DNA of 64,000 nucleotides from Pocillopora damicornis (Eukaryota): NCBI RefSeq assembly GCF_003704095.1, contig NW_020843670.1, positions 62,001 to 126,000 of the forward strand, read 5' to 3'. Shown piece by piece: positions 1 to 12,534 of this stretch (position 1 is its first letter; each line of letters starts with the position of its first letter). The notes under the pieces were generated by a model. It saw only the letters and a program-made list of their open reading frames with translations, ran no database searches and was not told where the DNA came from. The position numbers and the translations under genes were made by a program.

Positions 1-10
1 TTCTCTACAG

Positions 11-1116
11 AAAATGATATAAGCAGATCGATCATAAGAAACATAATTTCTTTCGAGATGATGCTATATCGAGTCACTGGTATAAATCCAGTTGTGTTCA
101 GCAACTATGGCTGTTCTTATGGAGGAAAAGGAAAAGGAAAACCTGTTGATCGAATTGATGGGTAAAGACCTGTTCAGGTGATGTTAGTGAGAGGATAAAA
201 GTATAAAAGAGGTAAGTTTTTAAAGAAATTGTGGTGTTGCGCTAATGGGGGAGTATAACAAGGTAATTTAGTATTATCAACTGAGATGGGAATGTAAATT
301 GGCACCGTTAAGAGTTTAAGAGGTGACGTTTCGAGCGATGGCTCTTCGTCAGAGCGAAACTTCTAAATAATAAATGAATAATCTTGATGATAAAAGGATC
401 CACAAATAGACGATCAGTTGAACGGCTCTACGTTAAGAAAGATCTTATGTTAACCGAAAGATTGTCTCGTGGCATTGGCTTCCAGGTGTTGCAAGCGACG
501 AAACGATTGCTACTGTAGACTCCAAAAGGCCCAGTACCGCCCTTTCAAAAAGGAAGTATTTCCTATGCCGTATGTAACACGTATTCCCCCAGATGGGACT
601 TAAAATCATTTAGATGTGGTAAGTTTAAAATTTATCAGTGCTTCTTTTAGTATTATCACTTTAAGAGGTTATAAAAATTGTAAATTTTAAATACATGTTT
701 GAATAAGAAAAAGAACGAACGACCAAACTTACGAATGAAGATATGAATAAATACATGTAGATGATTAATTCAATAGCGAGTAAATAAAGGTGCAATTAAC
801 AAATAATGATGACTAGTTGTCGTTTCAGGTTTTTTTCTTTGGAGTTTTCAATGCTTTTATGCTTCAGTTATACAATATTCCTGCCTGAGGAATTGATTTC
901 TGAGCTTAACAGTTGTTAGATTCCATTAGACCCTCATTTATGAAAAGCATGATTTTAATCTGTCTTTGCCATCTACTTCCAGTCAAAAAATATCCCTTGA
1001 GATCTTATCGCAGATGTCGCCTTAAACTTTGTCTGTGTGACACAACGGTCACGAATTGTATTTAAAGGCTCAAGAGGAGAGGCTCCTCTAGAGAAATATA
1101 TTTGAATTACGACTAA
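11..1116 (+). pseudogene. Secretory phospholipase A2 (group I/II-like fold), degenerate; exons 11-161, 486-618, 983-~1116; signal exon lies upstream of the window
   Basis: Manual translation between AG/GT sites. Exon a: RNIISFEMMLYRVTGINPVVFSNYGCSYGGKGKGKPVDRIDG (Ca-loop YGCxCGxGGxGxPVD). Exon b: CCKRRNDCY (CCxxHDxCY with HD replaced by RN), then a 1-nt frameshift giving TAA at 600-602. Exon c: CRLKLCLCDTTVTNCI* (CxCD motif, stop at 1063-1065). Absent from the ORF track. Confidence 0.8.
210..358 (-). mobile_element. Penelope-like terminal repeat fragment with a minimal hammerhead motif (322-355), inside a PLA2 intron
   Basis: Homologous to 35050-35199. Minus strand reads GCT-CTGACGA-A-GAGC-CATC-GCTC-GAAA-CGTC-ACC. 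Confidence 0.65.
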
Positions 1117-3557
1117 TAAAATATTTGATAGAAGAAAAAATATAAATTTCCTATAATTTTCTCTTGCTGTTAATTCTAGAGAACTATGTGTTCATGTAAT
1201 CTTGGAGGAATTTAATGTTATGTTAAGTAATTTAAGTTGTATACAATCCTTCTATTTTCTTCTGCCTGTCACTGTTTTTACGGGATTAAGTACCGCCCCA
1301 TCCTTAAGTTATTGAAAGTCATGAAAAGATACATCGTAGAACAAGCCAGTGCAAACAGCGAGTCCAATTTCCCCATAAAAAGTGGAACACTATAGAACCC
1401 TATTACTATATACTATTCTAGCCATGTTGACTAATTTGTCATATGAACCAAAATGTTTACCTGCCTGCTGGTGCAATTTAGTGGAAGTCATGTTTTTATT
1501 CAAAACTGATAGTGGTTCATAATCAGAGCAGTATGCGAATAAAAACTTTATATTTTGCGTTATATTGTCTAACCGAAAGCAAATTTGAAGCACCTGTACG
1601 GGTACGACTCGGACGGGTCATTCTATTAAACTATCGTACTTTTCTGTACTTAGATATTCGTGTTGTGTGAGGAAGTATTATCTTTTGTCTCACGGTAATC
1701 ATATATTATATATATGGGTATTTTTGCTGGTAGTGATACAATACAAAATAGAGCAATCTGTATACGTGGTTAGATGTTTCCATAACTCCCTTTGTGTATT
1801 CGTCTTACGCAGAGTTTGGTATCCACGTCAAAACATTTGCATTAATTACATTAATTTGATCAGTATATGGCATCCTCTTTGATTGCATTAATTGTTTTAT
1901 GACCTCAGCAAAAGTTATGATTCGATACTGACCGAGGCATTTTATTGGTAGTCTCTCAGGACCTTATTCTCACTATTTCTGAAATTTCAACTCAACGCTG
2001 AAACCGTTCTTGAGATTTTTGAAGACGTGTATGTTTCCTCTTCAAGGAGGAGATGAATTCACACGCTTTACTTCAACACGCGGTTGATAGCCAGCCGGAG
2101 ATCCATGCACTTTGAACGCTTCATCGGAGAGTTTCACGTTCACATCTACTGATAAGTTGACCTCAACCTCGATATCACCACTTTCAAGTTCATAGAATTC
2201 CTCCTTGTTGATGTCACCAGATGTTTTCGGCGTCTTCCCGACGTGAAGGGTAGCTGATGCTTAAAAAGAGGGTTGTTGGATTGTCTTCGACCATGATTCG
2301 ACACTGTTTGGTCACTTTGGTGATTAAACCATCTCTAGGGAGTTCTGCTGTGGGCTGAAAGATAACATAGCCTTATAGTGGTCTCGTGGCTGCGTTAGTT
2401 TTGGGAGACATTCCAAATTTTTCCACGTGTGCTTTCTCGTCCTGCTGAAGAACCATATACAGCTTAAAATTTCCTTCCCTGTCCTGACGATTCCAGAGAG
2501 CGCTGGCAGTGCTTGTGTAAGAGTCTATTTTCACCAACACAGCGTCCTCGTACTTGGCATTCGTGGAATTGTGCTCTAGCCAGGCTGTTGCATAAATACC
2601 GCTGGAGCAGACAGCAGCTACAGTTTGCGAATTTTGAATCTGGACATGTAACTTAAGATCAGATGCACTTGATTCTGGAACTGTTGCCTTTGGTGTCGAC
2701 TAAAGTAGTATACCCATCTTTCGTGTTTTTAGAAAGGGGGTTTACAGCTTCGAATAGATCTGAGCTGTCTTTGGTCATGCCGTCCATTTTAATGGAAAAT
2801 TTAGATGCATCTCTAGCTAGTTTGTCTTGAAACAGTGTCGTTCGCGCCTTGGTTGCTGTTCCGCCATTATCTATTTTAATGTTGCTTCCAAGACAGACTA
2901 AAACGTTTTTGAAAAAGAAGACAGACTTCTTAAAGTGAAGTTTAACTTTTGGATACGGATGATCCTCGTAAAAGAATTGATATTCTGTTTGGTGGAAGTC
3001 CATGCCGAAAACTCCGCTGGATAACGGCTCTGGTCCTTTATAGGAAGCCCCACCGGCATAGGAAGGTGGCCTAATCTGCCATAAAGTCTAAGTCATCGTC
3101 GTCGCTCCAGGAACTTTTGTCCAGTCCCATCCGTTTTCTATATCGTGAGCTTTTAGCGCCTCTTCACTATTCGCTATCAACATTGAACCATGGCTTTGAT
3201 AGGTACCAAAGGCATTTTCTGGTGTTTTCTTCTTTGTGGAGCCCTCAAAGTCCCAGACACAAACCTATCGAAACCTTTCACTGTGACAGCCCAGTCCTTA
3301 CGACGATGTATTGAGAGAGCAGCAAAGTTCTTGGACCAGTGACCTTCAGGAGAGGGTTCATAGGTTGAGGCTTTCGACTTGAGTTGTAATGGAGGATGAA
3401 TTATATCGAAAGTATTATTAGAGATTTCTTTGGAATTCTATTTGAAAGTTCTTCTGAATAAGAAACACACTTCATGTTGTCGATAAAAATTGTTTTTCAG
3501 TCTAACCAGTGTTGAATTTTGCAACAATACTCATGTGACAGACACAAAAATGAATGA

Positions 3558-3724
3558 TATAGAGAATAATACATGGGCGCTCGTATATATGGAATTTCTC
3601 TTGATATCATACGAGTGAGATGTCGAGTTGAACACGAGAGAAGAAATTTCAGATCTACAAGCAATCATCTATTTTTTCCAGGGCTGGAAATCCTTGTATG
3701 ACAACGTAGCTTATATGATAAATT
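3558..3724. repeat. Internally deleted copy of a dispersed non-autonomous element; longer copy at 26803-27590 in opposite orientation
   Basis: Its ends (tatagagaataatacatgggcgc... and ...ccagggctggaaatccttgtatgacaacgtag) match the reverse complement of the ends of 26803-27590. Confidence 0.6.
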
Positions 3725-5159
3725 CTTTTTACAACCCTATTGCTTCAGGTGCCTGTATCGAAAACTCATTCTTTATACGTAGGTCATTTAAATTAGTAAG
3801 TTTACCGCACTCATTATCTTCAGGCATCCAAGACTGTTCATGTACGATTTACCCCTCTTAACCCGTCCATCTTCTAGGTACTTTTTCACGTTTTTGTCCA
3901 TTGCTTCATACAAACGCAGAAACATGCCTTCTTCTCTGGTGTTTGGAATACTTATTCCTTACGGTGGAGTCAATGCCAGTGACTGGGGTGAATAGGAGAC
4001 ACTGATGCATACATACGCTAGAAGGATACTTATCAGAGCCTCCTTTGAAAAGTCTGGAAAAGACTTAAGGGCATTCCAACGTTTCTTCATCTCTCCCATG
4101 AAATCATAAGTGGTTTGTGTCTCATCAGCAGATCAGTTATGTAAGCGACTTTCAATGTGAGCAAGGTGAGAAGTCTTTGAAGAATCGACAGAGGTCGGAA
4201 GAGCAGATGGTGTCTGCTGACTCCAGCGATAAGTCTACTGCCAAAAGTTACTGGAATCGTACTTTGAACCAAATTTCGTGATAGTTGGAACAATCTTATC
4301 GCGAGATTGTTTGGACATTTTTGCCACAAAGCCAAGTAAATCTATGTAAATGGTATCTTCATGTTTTAGAACGAAGTCCATCCCTGTGATTTTTGCAGAA
4401 CCTTTGAGGCTCTTTTCCTTTTCTTTGCATTCATCGAATGACATCCATATTCCTCTCCAGCCTGAGAATCCCAGATTGATTTCAAAAGATCCTACCCGCG
4501 TAACCTTTTTCTTCTTTTTTTTCTTCCACTAGAAGGAGTATCCTTGTAGATCCACATTTTAACACCTCCTCCTCTGAGTTTCTTGCCCTTGATGTGAGCC
4601 GATTTTGGAAGCTTGTACCTTAACGTAGATTCTCCATCAGCACTCGTTTCCCATTTTAGTGATGTTGTCCCGTGTTTGGCCACTGATGTCGAGAAAGAAA
4701 TATTGCCTTTTTATTCGGCGGCGTAACGAGGCAACTTTGCTGGGCTAAGTCTTCGAAATCTAGCATGTCGCCACAATTGTCTCCTGATAGTAGCGTAACA
4801 AATGTGGATCATTTTTTGGAAATAAAACATTGTACAAGGTTAAAAAAGTTTAGGAAGAATATCACCTAATTTTCTTCTTGACAATAGATTTAGATTTACA
4901 CATGCCTGATGAGATTGATGGGACTTTCTATTTGTTTTAGTGTTTTAATTGGTCGAAATACGTGTTCGCTTTAGGAATTTCTATTTGTTATAGTGTTTTA
5001 ATCAATAGCAACAAATGTTCACTTTAGAGAGTTTCCTTAACAAAGACTGAAAGACCCATGATTCTACGCCATTTACTTGTGCGAAGATAATGAACGTGTC
5101 AATTGCAATCCATACCCGAACAAATCACATTCTTTGGCTTAAGTATGTTACAATAGACA

Positions 5160-5500
5160 TTGTTGTATACCTAGACTTTCACTCCACAAAACGAGCACTC
5201 TGATTGGTTGATTCTTTTTCACGTGCCTCTGATTAAATTCAAATGTATCCCGACCGGGATACAATCGCGCAGTTGTTGCCCGCACGCCGAATACAACAGC
5301 ATTTTATTGCCATATAATTGTTTACGGGAAGTTCTAAATATATAACAAAGCACTTAATGTATAGTTCCTCGGAAAACTAGTTAGTTCTGTTTTCCCTCGA
5401 GTCCTGATGTTTCCCTTGACTTCGTTTCGTGAAACATCAGGACTCTCGATCGGGAAAACAAAACTGACTGTTTCAGTTGTTTTACCTTAAGTGTATATTG
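5160..5500. mobile_element. Non-autonomous element with subterminal hairpin, in intron 1 of lyase copy A
   Basis: Hairpin gagtcctgatgtttc...gaaacatcaggactc at ~5399-5447. Not seen in the shorter intron 1 of copies B and C. Boundaries approximate. Confidence 0.5.
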
Positions 5501-5887
5501 TTTACTTGTAGCCTCGTTTCGTTGTCAACTTAGGCGAGCCTACTAGGTGGCGGATACAAAACAAGACTTGGTTTCTTGGGCCGTGTGATTTCTTCGTAAC
5601 TAAACGAAATAACATATATACCAGCCGCCTGATCTATTAACAACAATGCCAGACCAGGTAGGATGAGAAATGAACATCCTGTAGATCTTCTCCTCACGGG
5701 CATTATCCCTGAAAGAGAAATTCATAAGAGAGACTCACCAATCAATTTAACTGGCTATCAACCGAGATAATAACAGTAATTCAGAGAACAAATAAACATC
5801 AAGGTTTATCATTTCATATAATGCGTAACAACTCTAAATAAGCAAAATGGCCATGGTGGCCGGCCGGCCTCTAGATGTTGTATGAAA

Positions 5888-6087
5888 GTATCATTAACTA
5901 AGTTGATAACGTAAACTTAGAGTTTCTAAAAGTACGTTTTAAGCGTTAGCCTTTCGTCAGAGCGAATGGCAAAGGGCTAAGGTTCCGACGGGCTCTGCCG
6001 AAGGACTAACGCACGTAACGTCAGCTTAGAAACTCTTGACGGTGGCCAATTTACATTATCAACTCAGTTCATAATACTAAATAATCT
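5888..6087. mobile_element. Degenerate inverted (fold-back) Penelope-like hammerhead-repeat copy
   Basis: gcgttagcctttcgtcagagcgaa followed by an inverted ctctgccgaaggactaacgcacgtaacgtcagc...ggtggccaatttacattatcaactcagtt; same architecture as 35050-35294. Confidence 0.6.
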
Positions 6088-7101
6088 CTAGTTGTTGTAG
6101 TTTTGTAGTAATTACAATAAGGGGATTTCATTGAGTCAACTAACTCAATTTCAATATTTTTCTATTTGTTTCATACATGTACATAAGTTGTAACTGGCAT
6201 CTGCCAACGGAAGTCTACGCTTTATTCTCCTCTTCGATATTCGGTGTATGTCTAATTACTGATGAAATGAAACAATTATGATAGCTGTGATAAATATCTC
6301 GGCTAGATGTAATGCTTAATCCCGTTTATAAGTTGAAGCAAGTAGGTCTTGCCAATAATCCTAATTTACTGGAGAATTGCCGTGACTTTCTATTAAAAAA
6401 AGGAGAGAGACCAATGTTGATTTAAAAAAATCCACATGGAGAGTATCAAGCGTTTAAGTTTTATGGAATTCATATCAAATCCAAACAAATATTGTTAGCG
6501 TCGTCTTCATTAAACCACATATTATATTCTCGCTCTGCAAGTCAACTTTTTGGTACATTTTATTGAAAAAGGCGTTATAATATTCACTATGACTGATCAG
6601 CTCACCTCAGAAGAACTAATAACAAGAACTCATTTGTTACATAAGGTAACCTAGGGACGTGTTACCGTCAAACAAGAGAACAGGAGTGTACCAAATAATT
6701 AAAAGGTGACCTTTTTGAACACGTTAGTATACCAACTTCAACACCAAGTCCAAGAAGAAATGCTTTGACCAATTCTCTTTCACTATAAGATATTCTCGGT
6801 CGCTCATTGCATTTCTATGGAACACGCACATCATCTGCAGATGCATGGGGGACCTCCCTCAATGTACATTGTTTGCTTTATTTTACCAGACTTTGGAGTA
6901 AGTTATCTTTTTTGGATTATTTTGGATTAAAAGAGATCTCAATCAACTTGAATAAGCGTAGTTTTATTGCAAGAAACATTGATTTAAGCTGGATTGTTTC
7001 GAACGTTTTCAGTCTCCAGTTTGTTATGCGGCTGAAAATGTCAAAATTGGTTTCTGTGGAGCTAGTTATTGACCATTGCTGTTTGCTAAAAGAATTTTAG
7101 G

Positions 7102-7441
7102 AATAATTTTTCTCATTTATTTACTTTTACACAAGGCAGTCACCTGCTCAACTTTCATTGAAGCTTAGACATCAAGAATATCCTAATATAAGGTGTGCCA
7201 TTTCATGGACACGGAAGTGTAAATAGAATAAATATGTTACCTTACTTTGAATTCTAGGAAATCTTTGATGTTATCCTCGCCTCTGAAAATATTTTACACC
7301 AACTCCAAACTCTTTGTGCTTGCGGATCACTTTGTGAGCGCTTGGCGGTCTTTATTGGCACCTTTTCTCAAGGGGGAACTTCCATTGGTAGAGGTGGGAT
7401 TTTTCCTGTCAAATTTTGAGAGATCACCGGCGGAAACATTG
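7102..7441 (+). repeat. Near-identical direct duplicate of 19733-20070 (intergenic part of the lyase duplication unit)
   Basis: Visible direct match; both give the same spurious ORF MNSRKSLMLSSPLK... Confidence 0.9.
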
Positions 7442-8842
7442 TCATTACTCATTGACTTTTCTCGTATGTCTTCTCAGTTTGTGTTACGTTGTGGCTACCA
7501 TTTGCCATTTGTTAGAAAAGACATGTACTTGATGGATGTGAAATTATTTTTTCTTCGTGGAATTAAGGGATCTATTCCATCAAGCATATTGAGTTTTTTT
7601 TTTAATAAATAGCAAAATTACTATTTTTAAATTATTATTATTTAAGCAAAGTAATAATAATGACGAAAAAAAAGTAGAGACCGTCATTTCACACAGGGAT
7701 TCATTGAATTGATCCCATCACTCATTTGTCATTATAAAAATATAGCTTAGAACAAAATGGGTGCCTATGTTACTAAAGAAAAAAACAATTATCGGTGCGT
7801 TGGAAAAATAAATTTGCTTCAAGAGCAGTTATGCATCCTCATTAAACTGAATGGTTTTCTTCCTCATAACATTTCACATATTTCGGCTGAGGCATTTTGT
7901 CTTATAAAGCATCTAGATTTTATTTGAAAATTTTTCCATTTCCTACTGTTGTTCTATCGTTCTTCTCGACTTCAAAATGTGGATGACTAAGGCAATCGTC
8001 GTATCTGACTTGGAGGAATTTTTTTGTTATCAAACCAATTCGATTATATAAAAACTGGTGTACAGTAAAATTGACCCACGTACCTTTGCTTAAAGTATTG
8101 AATTTTCCGTGAGGCATTGTTTCAGTTCTCTGTAGGGGTAGAAATATAATTCAAATTAAGAGGATGTAAAAATTTCAAAAGCTGATTTGCGTATGAAAAT
8201 TGTTTATAAAGAGATTAGGTGATGACCAACTTACCGAACTTAACCAAGATAGCCGATTGATTATTCAGTTAAAAAATGAACATCCTACCTTTGTTGGTAT
8301 AAGGAAACCTTTTAGTAATGTATCCTTTTTCGTATCCAAAGATAAGAGGTTCTATTTAAATAAAACTATTTGAAAATGTTTTTGCAATCCAGTCATGGAA
8401 ATCGTGACGTTCTCTGATTAGCTGAGTACCAACTTATAACGAAATCTGTTTTCATTGACAGTTCAAGCAGTTCAAGATCACACAAAATTTATTGTCCATG
8501 TCTGTTTGTAAAATGGCAATGGGGAAATAATAAACGAGAATTTGGTTTGATATGGAGGAAATTTTTATTTTCCGAAAAAACGGACAAATCTCACTAATTT
8601 CTTGTGCAAAAGTTGAAATGAGGCTAGCTTGAATTTTTTAAATAAATTCAACGAACTTTTATTTTAAAGATTGACTTTGGAATGGTTTATTGACGGAAAA
8701 TCCACCAGAGTCGTTTGCGTTTTCTTTGTTTTGACTTTCCTATACCGCTTTTTGCGTCTCCATCACCGGAATTGTTCAAGCATTTCTAAAATAACTTTTT
8801 AAGTCCGCTCCACGCATTACTTTTTTTTGCAGGGGTCCATTC

Positions 8843-9001
8843 TATATCTACACAATATCATGCAAACAAGTGATGGGAATAAAGAAAAATTATAGAATTA
8901 CTAATTGATCCGATACCAAATTCTCCAAACTAACCTAATGAGAATGATTTTGCCGACAGTTAGGAGAATTACTAATGAGATCTTGGGAGTTAAAGGGTTA
9001 A
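8843..9001. repeat. Fragment of a TTAACCCTTTA-terminated non-autonomous element family
   Basis: Ends in gatcttgggagttaaagggttaa; related termini at 34858, 35326 and ~62312 (ttgaccctttaactctcaagatc). Confidence 0.5.
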
Positions 9002-10347
9002 GATGATGACTGAATACTCGTAAGATTTTGGCGGAATGTTTTATTCCAAATATAGGAAATTACCGAGGGAGAGATTGATGGTCTCCTTAACGTTGACAAA
9101 AGTGCATACGTAATCCCATATATTTGTAGATAAGTTGGTTTTATTCACTGATAATGTGAATTGGCTATCTTTCAGAGATTCTTGGGTCTCATTATGGTGG
9201 CCAGTTTACTCTAACAATTATGTGTAAAACGCTTCACCACCTCGGAAAAAGAGAATATCGCCCCATACAACTGGTGAGCAAAGAGTTAACTCAAGCGAGC
9301 AATATTTGAACATAGGAGGCCTCTAGGTGTCGCCCTGTTTGACGAACGACTAATTTGAACATCTTTTAACTTACCTGTACAGGAGCACGTCGGAAGGCCA
9401 AGGTACCATCCATGTACGACCGCAAAAAGTATTATTGGAGATAATTCGCGTAAGAGTCAACATAACGACCTGTTTCGTTCGAAATAAATTTATCTTATTG
9501 TTAGCACATCGGTTACTTTTTTTCGCCTGGCTGACTCTAACGAGCTTGCACTCTCCTATCTGGCCTGAGAAAAGATTGCTTTTCTGATTGAAAAATTTGT
9601 TGTTCTATCACTGACTATACCATATTTGAATGTGTCATCACCGTTAGACATCTTGGTAGAGGACAATCAAATATTGGAGGTAGGTAACGAATGTGACTTA
9701 TTAGGGACAAATCATAAAAATTACATTTTGGTTTAAAGTTCATTGTTATTGAAGTTAAAATTGAACCATAAGTTGACAGTGGTAGACTGCGTGTTGTCAA
9801 AATTTAAAATGAGAAAAAAAAGCGTTTAAATAAAATGAAAAACTATCAATCTAGTACAATGAGCTCAATATCTCGTACGCTCCTTTATGCTATTTGATTA
9901 AACTATTTGCCATTTGCTTTCTTTCAAGGACGTTTTTTCCTCTCGCAATAATTCATTCTTCTCACTGAGGTCACCTAAAGCAGGTTAGAGCACTTTGACT
10001 CTAAGATTCGCGAATATTTTTTCAAAATCGGGATCATCACTTTCTTAGGCGATACGTTAATTTCATGGAAATAGGATCGTAGAGGTAGAGGTGCGACTTA
10101 GAAGTTGTTCGCAACATAATGGAGCTTTATGACTTGAGACAGCTTAATCCAGTTTATCCAGTTGGTAGGGAGCATATAAATGTGCAATAATTTCCCCAAA
10201 TAATAAAAATTGTACCGTTTATTGTTATTTGAAAACAAAGTAAGTGANNNNNNNNNNNNNNNNNNNNNNNNNNNNNNNNNNNNNNNNNNNNNNNNNNNNN
10301 NNNNNNNNNNNNNNNNNNNNNNNNNNNNNNNNNNNNNNNNNNNNNNN

Positions 10348-12534
10348 TTTACAAGGGTAAATCGTACATGAACAGTCTTGGATGCCTGAAAATAATGAAT
10401 GAGGTAAGTTAATCAAGTTGATTGGGCAAAGTGAACAGCTTGATTTTCTGATACAAATACTCACACAAAAAAGCGTGGTTAAAAAAATAGGATGGTTTTT
10501 AGATAAAAGTTGTTCATCCTCTATTTTGTCTAACATTGGTGTATCAATAGATTACTGGCAACAATAAAAAAAAAGTAGTCAGAAAAAAAATTTTGGAGAA
10601 CGAATATCGCAAAACTATAGGAAATCGAAGAAAAATAATGATTAACAATTGGATAATTTGATTCGAAATTTTCAATTGCTTAGTCTCAATGGTTAATGAG
10701 CTGCTAATATATGACTAATCACACAGACTTAATTCGTGAAACAACATTACTGTCGATCCACTGGGATAAAGTTTACGGTTAATTCATGGGCAATTTGATT
10801 GGACGATATATTTTTTTGTATATAATTTAGGCCTAATAAGGACCAACATATATCAAACTGTACTCTTGAAAAGAGTTTAAAAGAGGTCAGGATATCTATT
10901 TGCATTAAGCGAGAATACATATTGATTTAATAATATAGTGAAAGTTAAGAGTTAACTTACCGCCGTATTCTTTAAGGTCCCACACTTGCGAAAGATGAAT
11001 CTGTTACCTTTTCATGTTGCATCGTTAATTCAAAAGATCTCTAAAATGAAGCTATTGACAGACATTTTTTCCATTACAGCTCAAGTCGAAAGCCTCAACC
11101 TATGAACCCTCTCCTGAAGGTCACTGGTCCAAGAACTTTGCTGCTCTCTCAATACATCGTCGTAAGGACTGGGCCGTTACAGTCAAAGGTTTCAACAGGT
11201 TTGTCTGGGACTTTGAGGGCTCCACAAAGAAGAAAACACCAGAAAATGCCTTTGGTACCTATCAAAGCCATGGTTCAATGTTGATAGCAAATAGTGAAGA
11301 GGCGCTAAAAGCTCACGATATAGATAACGGATGGGACTGGACAAAGGTTCCTGGAGCAACGACGATGACTTTGACACTATCGCAAATAAGGCTCAAAAAG
11401 GCACGAAATTTTAGTCCACTTTCCTATGCTGGCGGAGTTACCTATAAAGGACCACAGCCTTTATCCAGCGGAGTATTTGGAATGGACTTTCATCAACCAG
11501 AATATCAATTTTTTGACGAGGATCATCCGCATCCTAAAGTTAAGCTTCACTTTAAGAAATCTGTCTTCTTTTTCCAAAATGTTTTAGTTTGTCTTGGAAG
11601 CAACATTAAAATAGATAATAGCGGAACAGCAACTAAGGCGCGAACGACACTGTTTCAAGACAAACTGGTTAGAGGTGCATCTAAATTTTCCATCAAAATG
11701 GATGGCGTGACCAAAGACAGCTCAGATCTATTCGAAGCTGTAAACCCCCTTTCTAAAAACAAGAAAGATGGCTATACTACTTTAGTCGACACCAAAGGCA
11801 ACAGTTATTACATTCCAAGATCGAGTGCATCTGATCTCAAGGTACATGTCCAGATTCAAAATTCGCAAACTGTAGCTGCTGTCTGCTCCAGCGGTATTTA
11901 TGCAACAGCCTGGCTAGAGCATAATTCCACGAATGCCAAGTACGAGTACGCTATATTTGTAAAAACAGACTCTTACAGAAGCACTGCCACCGCTAACTGG
12001 GATCGCCTACACATGAATTCAAATCGGGTGCTGTACTCGGTTCTGCAACAAGACGATAAGGCACACGTGGTACAATTTGGTATATCACCACAACGTAATG
12101 CCATCATAACACCATTGTACGGTTACGTAATCTTTGATGCCACGTCAAAACTCCCCAAGGGTGGTTTAATCACAAAAGTGACCAAGCAATGTCGCATCAT
12201 GGTCGAGCAGAATTCCCGATCCGTCTTTTTAAGCATCAGCTACCCTGACTTGAATTTCAATGTCGACGGGGAGCTGAAAACGTCAGGCGACGTCAATAAG
12301 GAGGAACTCTATGAGCTAGAAAGTCGGGAGGTGGAAATTGAGGTCACCTTGTCAGTGGATGTGAAAACAACCCTCTCTGATTCAGCGGTTATCGTACATG
12401 GATCTCCTGCCGGGTATCAACCGAGGGTTGAAGTAAAGCGTCTGGCTTCCTCCCCTCCCCCAGGAAAAGGAAAGATAATTGTCTTTAAAAATCTCAAGAA
12501 TGGATTCAGCGTTGAAGTGAAATTGGAGAAATAA
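10348..12534 (+). CDS. PL8 chondroitin ABC lyase-like, C-terminal part (exon end 10348-10403; intron 10404-11079; last exon 11080-12534); probably the 3' half of copy B
   Basis: YKGKSYMNSLGCLKIMNE|gtaag...ttacag|LKSKASTYEPSPEGHWSKNFAALSIHRRKDWAVTVKGFNRFVWDFEGS...NAFGTYQSHGSMLI...GWDWTKVPGATT...KKSVFFF, an uninterrupted frame. Motifs match the Lyase_8 beta-sandwich region of chondroitinase ABC (IHR..VTLK..W..E..N.YG.YQSHG..GWDWN..GATT). Confidence 0.88.

Larger units (their letters stand above)
1973..5703 (-). pseudogene. PL8 chondroitin ABC lyase-like copy A (pseudogene); exons 5703-5622, 4783-3806 (internally deleted), 3383-1973
   Basis: Signal exon MPVRRRSTGCSFLILPGLALLLIDQAA. Lesions relative to copy B: frameshift near 4710, ~22-nt deletion near 4522, CAG>TAG after SSNFWQ (4235), large deletion near 4065 removing the FHH..Y catalytic segment, last acceptor mutated AG>AA (3384-3385), further indels near 3065 and 2680. 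Confidence 0.85.

Noticed and set aside
7247-7612. Duplicated ORF MNSRKSLMLSSPLK (also at 19876)
   Set aside because: TTG start and no domain; the similarity simply reflects the duplicated spacer.
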